Below are positions 11,715 through 22,729 of a stretch of DNA of 64,000 bases, piece by piece (the first letter of the stretch is position 1; each line of letters starts with the position of its first letter). The notes below the pieces were generated by a model. That model was not told where the DNA came from. It saw only the letters and a program-made list of their open reading frames with translations, and ran no database searches. Source of the stretch: Mobula hypostoma (lineage: Eukaryota); NCBI RefSeq assembly GCF_963921235.1, contig NC_086097.1, forward strand, positions 190,032,001 through 190,096,000, given 5' to 3'. Position numbers and translations under genes: made by a program.

Positions 11715-13603
11715 TCAGCTGGGTCTATTGAGGAATATAGGGTAGCAAGAAAGGAGCTTAAGAAGAGGCTGAGGAGAGCAAGAAGGGGACATGAGAAGGC
11801 CTTGGTGAGTAGGGTAAAGGAAAACCCCAAGGCATTCTTCAATTATGTGAAGAACAAAATGATGACAGGAGTGAAGGTAGGACCAATTAGAGATAAAGGT
11901 GGGAAGATGTGCCTGGAGGCTGTGGAAGTGAGCGAGGTCCTCAATGAATACTTCTCTTCGGTATTCACCAATGAGAGGGAACTTGATGATGGTGAGGACA
12001 ATATGAGTGAGGTTGATGTTCTGGAGCATGTTGATATTAAGGGAGAGGAGGTGTTGGGAGTTGTTAAAATACATTAGGACAGTTAAGTCCCTGGAGCCTG
12101 AAGGAATATTCCCCTGGCTGCTCCACGAGGTGAGAGAAGAGATTGCTGAGCCTCTGGTTAGGATCTTTATGTCCTCATTGTCCACAGGAATGGCAGCGGA
12201 GGATTGGAGGGAGATGAATGTTGTCCCCTTGTTCAAAAAAGGTAGTAGGGATAGTCCGGGTAATTATAGACCAGTGAGCCTTACGTCTGTGGTGGGAAAG
12301 CTGTTGGAAAAGATTCTTAGAGATAGGATCTATGGGCATTTAGAGAATCATGGTCTGATCAGGGACAGTCAGCATGGCTTTGTGAAGGGCAGATCGTGTC
12401 GAACAAGCCTGATAGAGTTCTTTGAGGAGGTGACCAGGCATATAGATGAGGGTAGTGCAGTGGATGTGATCAACGTGGATTTTAGTAAGGCATTTGACAA
12501 GGTTCCACACGGTAGGTTTATTCAGAAAGTCAGAAGGCATGGGATCCAGGGAAGTTTGGCCAGGTGGATTCAGAATTGGCTTGCCTGCAGAAGGCAGAGG
12601 GTCGTGGTGGAGGGAGTACATTCAAATTGGACGGTTGTGACTAGTGGTGTCCCACAAGGATCGGTTCTGGGACCTCTACTTTTCGTGATTTTTATTAACG
12701 ACCTGGATGTAGGGGTAGAAGGGTGGGTTGGCAAGTTTGCAGATGACACAAAGGTTGGTGGTGTTGTAAATAGTGTAGAGGATTGTCGAAGATTGCAGAG
12801 AGACATTGACAGGATGCAGAAGTGGGCTGAGAAGTGGCAGATGGAGTTCAACCCGGAGAAGTGTGAGGTGGTATACTTTGGAAGGACAAACTCCAAGGCA
12901 GAGTACAAAGTAAATGGCAGGATACTTGGTAGTGTGGAGGCGCAGAGGGATCTGGTGGTTCATGTCCACAAATCCCTGAAAGTTGCCTCACAGGTAGATA
13001 AGGTAGTTAAGAAAGCTTATGGGGTGTTAGCTTTCATAAGGTAATGATGCAGCTCTATAAAACTCTGGTTAGGCCACACTTGGAGGACTGTGTCCAGTTC
13101 TGGTCACCTCACTATAGGAAGGATGTGGAAGCATTTGAAAGGGTACGGAGGAGATTTACCAGGATGCTGCCTGGTTTAGAGAGTATGCATTATGATCAGA
13201 GATTAAGGGAGCTAGGGCTTTACTCTTTGGAGAGAAGAAGGATGAGAGGAGACATGATAGAGGTATACAAGATACTAAGAGGAACAGATAGAATGGCTAG
13301 CCAGCACCTCTTTCTCAGGGCACCACTGCTCAATTCAAGAGGACATGGCTTTAAGGTAAGGGGTGGGATGTTCAAGGGGGATATTAGAGGAAGTTTTTTT
13401 TACTCAAAGAGTGGTTGGTGCGTAGAATGAACTGTCTGAGTCACTGGTGGAGGCAGATACACTTGTGAAATTTAATAGACTACTAGACAGGTATATGGAG
13501 GAACTTAAGGTAGGGGGTTATATGGGAGGCAGGGTTTGAGGGTCGGCACAACATTGTGGGCCAAAGGGCCTGTACTGTGCTGTACTATTTTATGTTCTAT
13601 GTT
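11715..13603 (+). mobile_element. CR1 LINE, 5'-truncated, RT domain plus 3'UTR
   Basis: ORF 12007-13044 has [45 protein letters not shown] 13044-13430 is the C-terminus. Tail TATGTTCTATGTT. Confidence 0.95.
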
Positions 13604-14379
13604 GTTTAGTATTCTGGATTGGATCAGGCCAACCTAAGAATTCAATCAAGAATTTTCAATTATGTTCCACCCCGTGATTTCTAGTCAGTTGCCTGTAATT
13701 ACTATCTGAAAAATGTATGGGATGAATTGTTTTGGTATACCGTGGGAGAACTAAGAGCAAGTTGGCAAGGAGGCAACTGATCTTTTGTCGAACATCACAC
13801 AACTCTAGTCCGAAGATGGCCTCCCCTGCCTCAAAAACAATAAAAATTCTCCCACTCCTGCCAACCATTTAGTCCATCTCAACTCAGGCATTGATCCTCA
13901 GTGTACAGCTGCTGGCCCCTTCTCTATTCCAACCCTGAATCATCTACTTTCAACCTCAAAAATATGCACAGCCCTTATGATCATGTGCACTAGTACAGTA
14001 CACTTGCATTTCAGATGTTTGTTTTCTGGAACGAAAGATGCATAAAAGTATTTTGTTCTCAATTATAACTCCACACAATGGAAATCACGTGTGTAATTTA
14101 TCTGGACTGAATGAAAAATTCAATAATCTCCTGCTGCGCAATCCTTTAGTTCCTCAAGTTTATTGGTCATATTAGAGGAACAGACTCTTAGGAACTCATG
14201 CAGTTTAGCCTGTTTAATTTACTTCCATTAATGTGGTCAAATACGAGCTCAGTGTAATCCTGTATAAATAAACCAGTTATATTTAATTCAGTCATAATGT
14301 TGAATTTAAGCTTTGTAATAGTTAATTCATTGACTGTTCTGCAAAGTAACTGCTACATATAAGTATTAAATAAAGATAC

Positions 14380-14664
14380 TGTGGCGACCCACTTTCTACG
14401 CAGGCGAACCGGCTCGAAAATGGCGCACGTGTTGGCAGAGAGGCCAGCCCAAAAAATGGCGCTGGGCCTTCTTCACTAGCAAGGGGAGAAAGCCCACACT
14501 TGGGAAGAGACTTTTGTAATGCACCTTTGACGTCATTTCCACCCAGAAAGGGCGGGAACGGAACTGCGCAAGAGCCAGTGCCGCGAAGTTCGAGTAAACT
14601 AGTCTCGAGTGCAACTTACAGATTGCGTGTTGTTATTTCTAGCTCTGTGTAGCACATCGCTACA
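14380..14664 (+). repeat. 5' LTR (285 bp)
   Basis: TG...CA termini; aligns end to end with 19404-19693. Confidence 0.95.
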
Positions 14665-14665
14665 T

Positions 14666-14679
14666 TGGTGACCCTGATG
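14666..14679 (+). promoter_or_regulatory. Primer-binding site, tRNA-Trp type
   Basis: TGGTGACCCTGATG, 1 nt after the LTR, equals the tRNA-Trp complement TGGTGACCCCGACG with two CpG-type transitions. Confidence 0.8.
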
Positions 14680-14703
14680 GTCCAAACGGGATTTGGACCA
14701 AAG

Positions 14704-14990
14704 ATGATCGACTCTTCATCTGTTCACGCAGTTTCGCTAAAACTGCCAACTTTCTGGACGCTGCGACCACATGTGTGGTTTGACCAAGCAGAAGCCCAGT
14801 TCCAGATTCGGCAGATATCTTCGGATTCCACACTTTACTATTACGTGGTGAGCTCCCTCGACCAGGAGACAGCCGCCCAGGTTGAGGATTTCATACAGTC
14901 ACCCCCAGAAGAAGGCAAATATGCAGCATTCAAAGCGCTGCTCATAGGGACATTTGGGCTCTCACGGCGTGAGCGAGGTTCCGGCTTGCA
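14704..14990 (+). pseudogene. Gypsy gag N-terminal fragment
   Basis: KLPTFWTLRPHVWFDQAEAQF...YYYVVSSL...YAAFKALLI is a Gypsy gag N-terminal motif. It is joined directly to late RT sequence (SSRQEHLSHLCQLYSRLSDFSLTINPTK). Confidence 0.85.
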
Positions 14991-15073
14991 GTAGTCGTCA
15001 GGAGCATCTGTCCCACCTCTGCCAGCTGTACTCCCGCCTGAGTGATTTCAGCCTCACGATCAACCCAACCAAA

Positions 15074-17480
15074 CCCTTAGCAAGGGCCTCACTTTTGTCC
15101 CCCTCCGTCCATACCTCAGTGAGTTCCGTGCCTACCATGACGTTGAACTCTTCTTCCGTCGTCTGCATCTCCGAGCCTACTTCTTTGGCATGGATTCCCC
15201 TCCCCCTACTGATGACCCCATCTCCTGCCTTCAACCCTCCTCCTCCTCATGGACACCCCACCCGGGCCTTCTACCTGCACTCGATCTCTTCATCTCCAAC
15301 TGCTGCCAAGACATCAACCATCTCAACTTCACCACTCCTCTCTCCTGTTCCAACCTTACTCCCTCTGAACGCACTGCCCTCCACTCTCTCCGCACTAATC
15401 CAAACCTCGCCATCAAACTTGCTGACAAAGGTGGTGCCATAGTAGTCTGGCAGACGGACCTCTACCTCACTGAGGCCAAACGGCAGCTCTCTGACACCTC
15501 CTCTTACTTACCCCTGGAACAGGATCCCACCAGAAAACATCAAACCATTGTCTCCCGCACAATCACTGCCCTTATCAACTCCGGAGACCTTCCATCCTCA
15601 GCCGCTAAACTCATTATTTTCACATCCCGTACCGCTCGGTTTTACCTCCTCCCAAAGATACACAAGCCTGACTGTCCCGGTAGACCCATAGTTTCTGCCT
15701 GCTCCTGTCCAACCGAACTTGTATCTTCCTACCTGGACTCCATTTTGTCACCCATAGTTCAGTCCCTCCCCACCTACATCCACAATACATCCCATGCCCT
15801 CCACCTCTTCAATAACTTCCAGTTTCCCGGTCCCAACCGCTTCATTTTTTACTATGGATGTCCAATCCTTATACACCTCCATTCCCCATCAAGAAGGCCT
15901 CAAAGCCCTCCGCTACTTCCTGGATAATAAACCTCACCAGTTCCCCATCCCCACTACCCTCCTCCGGTTGGCGGAACTGGTTCTCACACTTAATAACTTC
16001 TCTTTTGGCTCTTCCCACTTTCTTCAGACTAAGGGTGTAGCTATGGGAACTTGCATGGGACCCAGCTACGCTTGCCTCTTGGTTATGTGGAACAGTCTGT
16101 GCTCCAAACCTATTCTGGTACTGCTCCCCAACTTTTCCTTCGATACATTGATGACTACATTGGTGCTGCTTCCTGCACCCATGCTGAGCTCATCAATTTC
16201 ATCGACTTTACTTCAAACTTCCACCCAGCCCTCAAATTCACTTGGTCTATCTCTGACACTTCTCTCCCCTTTCTCGATGTCTCGGTCTCCATCTTTGGAG
16301 ACAGACTGTCCACTGACATCCTCTACGAGCCCACTGACTCTCATAACTATCTCGACTATACCTCTTCCCACCCCGCCACATGCAAAAATGCCGTTCCCTA
16401 TTCCCAGTTCCTCCGTCTCTGCCACATGTGCTCCCAGGATGAGGCTTTCCGTTCCAGGACATCTAAAATATCCTCTTTCTTTAAGGATCGTGGTTTCCCT
16501 TCTACGGTGATCAATGATGCCCTCACCTGCATCTCCTCCATTTCCCGCACTTCGGTCCTCACCCCATCTTCCCGCCACCACAACAGGGACAGAGTTTCCC
16601 TAGTCCTCACCTACCACCCCACCAGCCTCCGGATCCAGCACATTTTCCTCCGCAACTTCCGCCACCTTCAACAGGAGACCACCACTATGCACATCTTTCC
16701 CTCTCCACCCCTCTCCGCTTTCTGTAGGGATCGATCCCTCCGCGACTCACTTATCCGCACGTCCATCCCCACGGATCTCCCACCCAGCACTTATCCCTGT
16801 AAGCGTAAGTGCTACATCTGTCCCTACACCTCCTCTCTTGCCACCATTCAGGGCTCCAAACAGTCCTTCCAGGTGAGGAAACACTTCACTTGCGAATCTG
16901 TTGGGGTCATCTATTGCATCCGGTGCTCCTGGTGCGGCCTTCTCTACATCGGTGAAACCCGACGCAGATTGGGGGACTGCTTGGTCGAGCACCTCCACTC
17001 CGTCCACCACAACAGACAGGATCTCCCGGTAGCCACCCACTTCAACTCTGCTCCCCACTCCCATTCAGATATGTCCATACATGGCCTCCTCTACTGGAAT
17101 GATGAGGCTAAACTCAGGTTGGAGGAGCAACACCTCATATACCGTCTAGGTAGTTTCCAGCCCCTTGGTATGAACATAGAATTCTCCAACTTCCGGTAAT
17201 TCCCTCCCCCTCCCTTCCTCTATCCCTATTTCACATCACCTCCCTCATAGTTCTGCCTTCTTCTACTACTGTGCATTGTTCTCCTGCCAATCACCTCCCT
17301 GCTTCCTCCCCATACCCCTTTGTCTTTCAAATTACTGTTTTTTTTCAACTACCAGCATTCTTCAAACCCTCCCCAAAGTTCTTCCTTCAGTCCTGACGAA
17401 GGGTTTCGGCCCGAAACGTCGACTAATTTTTTCAACTGATGCTGACTGACCTGCTGAGTTCCTCCAGCGCATTGTGAGTG
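15074..17480 (+). mobile_element. Penelope-like retroelement (Neptune-like; RT plus GIY-YIG), 5'-truncated, two frameshifts
   Basis: LSKGLTFVP, ADKGGA, FYLLPKIHK, GRPIVS, MDVQSLYTSIP, GVAMG, RYIDD, LPFLDV; Cys linker PCKRKCYICP; VIYCIRC...LYIGET; stop at 17199. 14-bp TSD TCAACCC(A/G)ACCAAA at 15060-15073 and 17481-17494. Confidence 0.95.
17389..17424 (+). ncRNA. Minimal type I hammerhead ribozyme motif (intact core)
   Basis: AGTC-CTGACGA-A-GGGT(TTCG)GCCC-GAA-ACGT-C-GACT: stem I AGTC/GACT, core CUGANGA and GAAA, stem II, palindromic ACGT in place of stem III, GUC cleavage triplet ending at 17420. Confidence 0.85.
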
Positions 17481-17494
17481 TCAACCCGACCAAA

Positions 17495-19380
17495 TGCCAG
17501 TTCGGACTGGACACCATTGACTTCCTGGGGCAAAGACGGGGCAACCCCTCTGCCTGCCAATGTAGACACGATCCGCCACTTCGCCCAGCCCAACACAGTC
17601 AAAGGCCTGCAGGAGTTCGTTGGTATAATGAACTTCCACCACCGCTTCCTCCCCTCAGCAGCCCGTATCACGCGTCCTTTGTTCACCCTGATGTCGGGTA
17701 AAGGCAAGGACATTACTTGGGATGAAGAGGCTACGGCCGCTTTCGTTAAAGCCAAGGAAGCCTTGGCAGACGCCGCGATGCTGGCGCACCCCAGAACAGA
17801 TGTTCCAACCGCCCTCACAGTGGACGCATCCAACACAGCAGTCGGTGGGGTGCTGGAGCAACTCATCGAAGGGCGCAGGCAACCCCTGGCGTTCTTCAGC
17901 AGGCACCTATGGCCACCCGAACTCAAGTACAGTGCCTTCAACCGGGAGCTGTTGGCACTATATCTGGCAATCTGGCATTTCAGGTACTTCTTAGAAGGCA
18001 GGCCGTTCACCACGTTCACGGACCACGAACCATTGACCTTCGCTTTCACGAAGGTGTCTGATCCCCGGTCGGCCCGCCAGCAGCGACATCTGTCCTACAT
18101 CTCCGAGTACACGACAGACATCCAGCATGTCTCGGGAAAGGACAACGTCGTGGTGGACACACTCTCCAGACCAGCTATCCAGGCCCTGTCCCAGGGGATG
18201 GACTATGCAGCACTGGCGGAGGCGCAGCAGGCAGACGACAAGATGTCCAGCTACAGGACCACAGTGTTGGGTTTGCAGCTGCAAGACTTCCTCATAGGCC
18301 CAGGTGAGAGGACCCTCCTGTGTGACGTGGCTACCGGCCAACCTCGCCCCATCGTCGCGGCAGCCTGGCGGTGGCGAGTTTTCAACTCCATACACGGCTT
18401 GGTGCACCCACCTATCAGGACAACCGTCTGGATAGTCTCCAGCAAGTTCGTGTGGCATGGACTTCGCAAACTGGTCAGCGAATGGGGCAAAACGTGCACA
18501 CAGTGCCAAACAGCCAAGGTGCAGTGGCACACCAAAGCCCTGCCGCAGCAGTTCAAACCCACCCGCCGGAGGTTCGACCACATTCATGTGGATATCGTGG
18601 GGCCCCTGCCAGTGTCACGAGGAGCAATTCCTGCACCCGAGTGCCTATTGCAACCTGGGTAGCAAGCTTCAGGATACCGGCCCACATTACCTCCAACAGA
18701 GGCGCCCAGTTCACCCCCAGCCTGTGGTCGGCTATGGCCAGCCTGTTGGGAACACAGCTACACCACACAACTGCCTACCACCCATAGTCGAACAGACTTG
18801 TGGAACGCTTCCACCGTCACTTGAAGTCGGCTCTCAAGGCCCGCCTGAAAGGGCCTAACTGGGTGGACGAGCTTCCCTGGGTCCTGCTCAGAATCCACAC
18901 AGCACCCAAAGTGGATCTGCACTCCTCGTCAGCCGAGCTGGTGTACGGCACACCCCTGGTTGTCCCAGGAGAGTTCATACCAGCCTTAAGGGGGCAAGAG
19001 GAAGAACCCGCAGCAGTCCTGGACAGACTGCGGGAGAGGCTCGGCAACCTGGCCCCCGTACCGACTTCACAGCACGGACAGATCCCAATCTGCGTACCCA
19101 AAGACCTGCAGAACTGTAAGTTTGTATTTGTACGAAGGGGCGCACACCGGGCACCACTACAGCAGCCATACAAGGGGCCATTCAAGGTGATCAGGGACAA
19201 TGGGTCCACGTACGTTCTGGACATTGGGGGGAAAGAGGAGGTTTTCACGGTGGACCAACTCAAACTGGACCATGTAGACTTGGCGCAGCCGGTCGAGGTT
19301 CAGGCACTGCAGCGAAAGGGCAAATCACCCAAACAGAGACTGATCCAGACTGTGGACATTGGAGGGTGTATCACCGGTTC
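17495..19380 (+). pseudogene. Gypsy pol remnant (RT end, RNase H, integrase)
   Basis: KCQFG; VDASNTAVGGVL, PLAFFS, YSAFNRELLA, FTDHEPL (RNase H); H...HP...CTQCQ zinc finger, HIHVDIVGPLP, ITSNRGAQF, HTTAYHP, VERFHR, PYKGPF (integrase). Frameshifts and stops present. Confidence 0.92.
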
Positions 19381-19382
19381 AC

Positions 19383-19401
19383 GGGGGGGGGGGCGGGTGG
19401 G
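19383..19401 (+). promoter_or_regulatory. Polypurine tract
   Basis: G-rich run GGGGGGGGGGGCGGGTGGG immediately before the 3' LTR. Confidence 0.8.
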
Positions 19402-19403
19402 TA

Positions 19404-19693
19404 TGTGGCGACCCACTTTCTATGCAGGCGAATCGGCTCACAAAATGGCGTGCGCGTCGGCAGAGAGGCCAGCCACAAAATGGCGCTGGGCCTTCTTCTT
19501 CACCAGCAAGGGGAGAAAGCCCGCGCACAGGAAGACACTTTTGTAATGCACCTCTGACGTTATTTTCACCCGGAGAGGGCGGGAACTGAACTGCGTAAAA
19601 GCCAGTGCTGCGAAGTTTGAGTAAGCTAGTCTCGAGTGCAACTTACAGACTGTGTGTCATAATTTCTAGCTCTGTGTGTACCATATCGCTACA
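19404..19693 (+). repeat. 3' LTR (290 bp)
   Basis: Direct repeat of 14380-14664, followed by the TSD ATAC. Confidence 0.95.
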
Positions 19694-19887
19694 ATACAAT
19701 GCTGGGAAAAAAGTCTCTGTGGGAAGAGAATCAGACTTAATATTTCAATTTGGAGGCCTGACTTGATGAGTATTTCCAGTATTTTCTGTTTTAGTTTTAG
19801 ATTTCCAGCGTCTGCAGCTTTTTTGATCTTCACTTACCCTAAAAACTATGCATCTGTCATTTCCTTCAAAACATGGCTTCAATGGAA

Positions 19888-20765
19888 ATAAGAAATGGGA
19901 GCAGAATTAGGCCATCTGGCCCATTGAGTCTGCTCCATCATTCAATCATGGCTCATCCGTTTTTTTAATCTTCTCCTTAACCCCAGTTCCTGGCCTTCTC
20001 CCCGTAACCTTTGATGCAATGTCCAATCAAGAACCTATCAATCTCTGCCTTAAATACACCCAACAGACTGGCCTCCACAGCTGCACGTGGCAACAAATTC
20101 CACAAATTCACCACCCTTTAGCTAAAGAAATTTCTCCACATCTCTGTTTTGAAAGGGCGCCCCTCTATCCTGAGGCTGTGCCCTCTTGTCCTCGACTCCC
20201 CCACAATGGGAAACATCCTTTCTGCATCTACTCTGTCTAAGCCTTTCAACATTCGAAAGGTTTCAATGAGATCTCCCCTCATCCTTCTGAATTCCAGCGA
20301 GTATAGACCTAGAGCCAAACGTTACTCGTATGATAACCCTGTCATTCCTGGACACATCTTTTCTAAGATGAGGGAACCAAACCTGTTCACAATACTCAAG
20401 GTGAGGCTTCGCCAGTGCCTTATAAAGCCTCAACATCACATCCTTGCTCATGTATTCTGGACCTCTAGAAATAAATGCTAACATGGCATTTGACTTCTTC
20501 ACCGCCCACTCAACCTGCAAGTTAACCTTCAGGGTGTCCTGCACAAGCACTCCTAAGTCCCTCTACATCTCAGATTTCTAGATTTTCTCCCTGTTTAGAA
20601 AATAGTCTGCACATTTATTTCTACTACCAAAGTGCATGACCATCTATTTTCCAACATTGTATTTCATTTGCTACTTTCTTGCCCATTCTCCTAATCTGTC
20701 TAAGTCCTTCTGCATCCTACCTATTTCCTCAACACTACCTGCCCCTCCACCAATCTTTGCATCTG
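19888..20765 (-). mobile_element. CR1 LINE 3' fragment with internal deletion
   Basis: Minus ORFs LGLYSLEFRRMRGDLIETF and AMLAFISRG...PHLEYCEQ; CR1 tail at the left end. Confidence 0.9.
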
Positions 20766-22729
20766 TGTTTTGTCAGATGAGGATTTTTAAAGTTTTAAGT
20801 CATTGGAAATCCATTTGGATTTTATCAAGAAGAAGTAGTGGATGTTGATAGTCAGGTCATTAAAAGGTACGGCGGCGGGGGGGAGTGATAATATAGCAGC
20901 TGAGATGAAATGGCAGAGAAGCTGATGGGCTGAATGGCCTAATTCTGCCCTTTTGCCTTATGATCTAAGAAGTTTCAATAAATAGCTCTGTAAGAGGGAT
21001 TATTGCCTCTCAAGGTAGTTACTATTCTGTAACTTTTTAAAATGTATTAATTTCATAAAATATGAATTTAACTGATTGTGTACAACTGAGAAACTCTGAA
21101 ATGATTCTGGGAGTTCAGTTTATTTGGGCAGATGCTCAGACCATACATTCAGCTTTCCCAATTAATGTTCAAAATGACTACTTAAGTAGAACATATACTC
21201 TAAGTCATTAGTCAACCTATTTAAGGATTTTAGACAAACTTGATCTGTAATCAATGGCTGATTTTGTACAAGAGATCTCTACAAATAAAGTTGTCAATGT
21301 GGAATTACTTTATCATGATTTTTGATTTTCTGATGCCTAGATATTCAACATTATTGCTTTTATCAGCACTAAACACTCTGCCTACAGATTAATGAACCAC
21401 AACTAGCATAGATGTAAGCTCCTTAGCAAGGAGAGGTCATTCTACACTGGACCACATCTACTGATGTTCTATTTTCAGATAAGTGAAACAGATGGATAGA
21501 TTATTTTCTAAAATATCATCAAATATTATTTATGCATTATCTCAAGCTGTATTCTTACGTAATATTTATGAAAATGTAAATACAACATCTTAATATCCTT
21601 TGATAAGCTCAAGAAGTTGTTACATACTTTAAATGAATAAAATAATTTTGAATCGTTCACTCAAATGAAAAGATTTTGTATGTATTGAAGTATGCCAACT
21701 TGAGGAAAAAATTAACTGGTAACAGAATTTCTTAACGACCAAAGGGACACCATTAGTGCTTTTCCTTGGAATGTAAGATGAATAGAATAACAGGATTCTG
21801 CTCAGCTTATGTTCCATTGGTGCATATTAAAGTGTTCTGGGCTTTCCCTAATCATGAAACAATAATAAGGTTCAGTCAAAATTCAGTACAACGATACAGA
21901 ACATGACTCAGGACAGCCAATTAATATAACCATATTATCATATTGTTATAGGAAATCACTCTGCAAAGGAAATAATAGCGGAGTCTTTGGTTATCAATTG
22001 ATGTTATACTGCAAGATAGTAAACTTTTGCTTTTATTAAGTCAGCAACTGAAAACTAAACATTTTTAAATAATTTATTTCTACTTTAATGAAGTTCATAT
22101 ATAGCATTATGTTCAAGGTAATATTGACTCCTGACATAAATCATACCAGCTCTACAATTCAAATATGACTCAAAGATTTAATGAGCTGAAAAAGTTTTTG
22201 ATTTATAGCCTCAAAATAATTGGCTGCAGCTCCATGTGACAAGACTATATGTATGATATGATGAGATTCAAATGTAATTCATAGATACAACATATTAAAT
22301 TATCTACCAGTATGTTTATTCTCATGGTGCATAATTTCCTAACAAAGTATTATTCCAAGGTTGCATTTTAAGCACTGGTCAGAAAGAAGTCACTGCATCT
22401 GAACAATTGTTCACCTGCAGACATATCGTCTCTATCCATGCCTGTCATATTGTTGTATACTTCTATCATGTCACCTCTCAGACTTCTTTGCTCCACAGAA
22501 AAACAAAAACCTTAGCCCATTCAGTCTCTACTGATAACTCAAGTCATCCAATCAGGCAACATCCAAGTGAGCATTTTCTGCATTTCCTATAGCTTCCTAT
22601 AGAGTGGTGACCAGAAATAAATATGATATTGTTTTAGTGTATTTGTCATGTACAACTCCAAATTAATAATATAACAGCTAAATTAAATATAGTTAGATAT
22701 GCAGAAAATATTAATTGTTCAGTGACAAC

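Larger units (their letters stand above)
14380..19693 (+). mobile_element. Ty3/Gypsy LTR retrotransposon (CsRn1/Kabuki-like), both LTRs present, internally deleted, carrying a Penelope insertion
   Basis: LTRs at 14380-14664 and 19404-19693 (TGTGGCGA...TCGCTACA), 4-bp TSD ATAC (14376-14379 and 19694-19697), PBS, PPT, and gag plus RT/RNase H/integrase remnants. Confidence 0.95.

Noticed and set aside
17432..19263. Long minus-strand and alternate-frame ORFs over the Gypsy pol (likewise over CR1 and Rex1 ORFs elsewhere)
   Set aside because: Shadow ORFs of GC-rich TE coding sequence with no independent motifs.
14380..19693. A novel chimeric LTR element natively encoding a Penelope RT and GIY-YIG nuclease
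   Set aside because: The 14-bp TSD splitting the Gypsy RT shows a simple secondary insertion.
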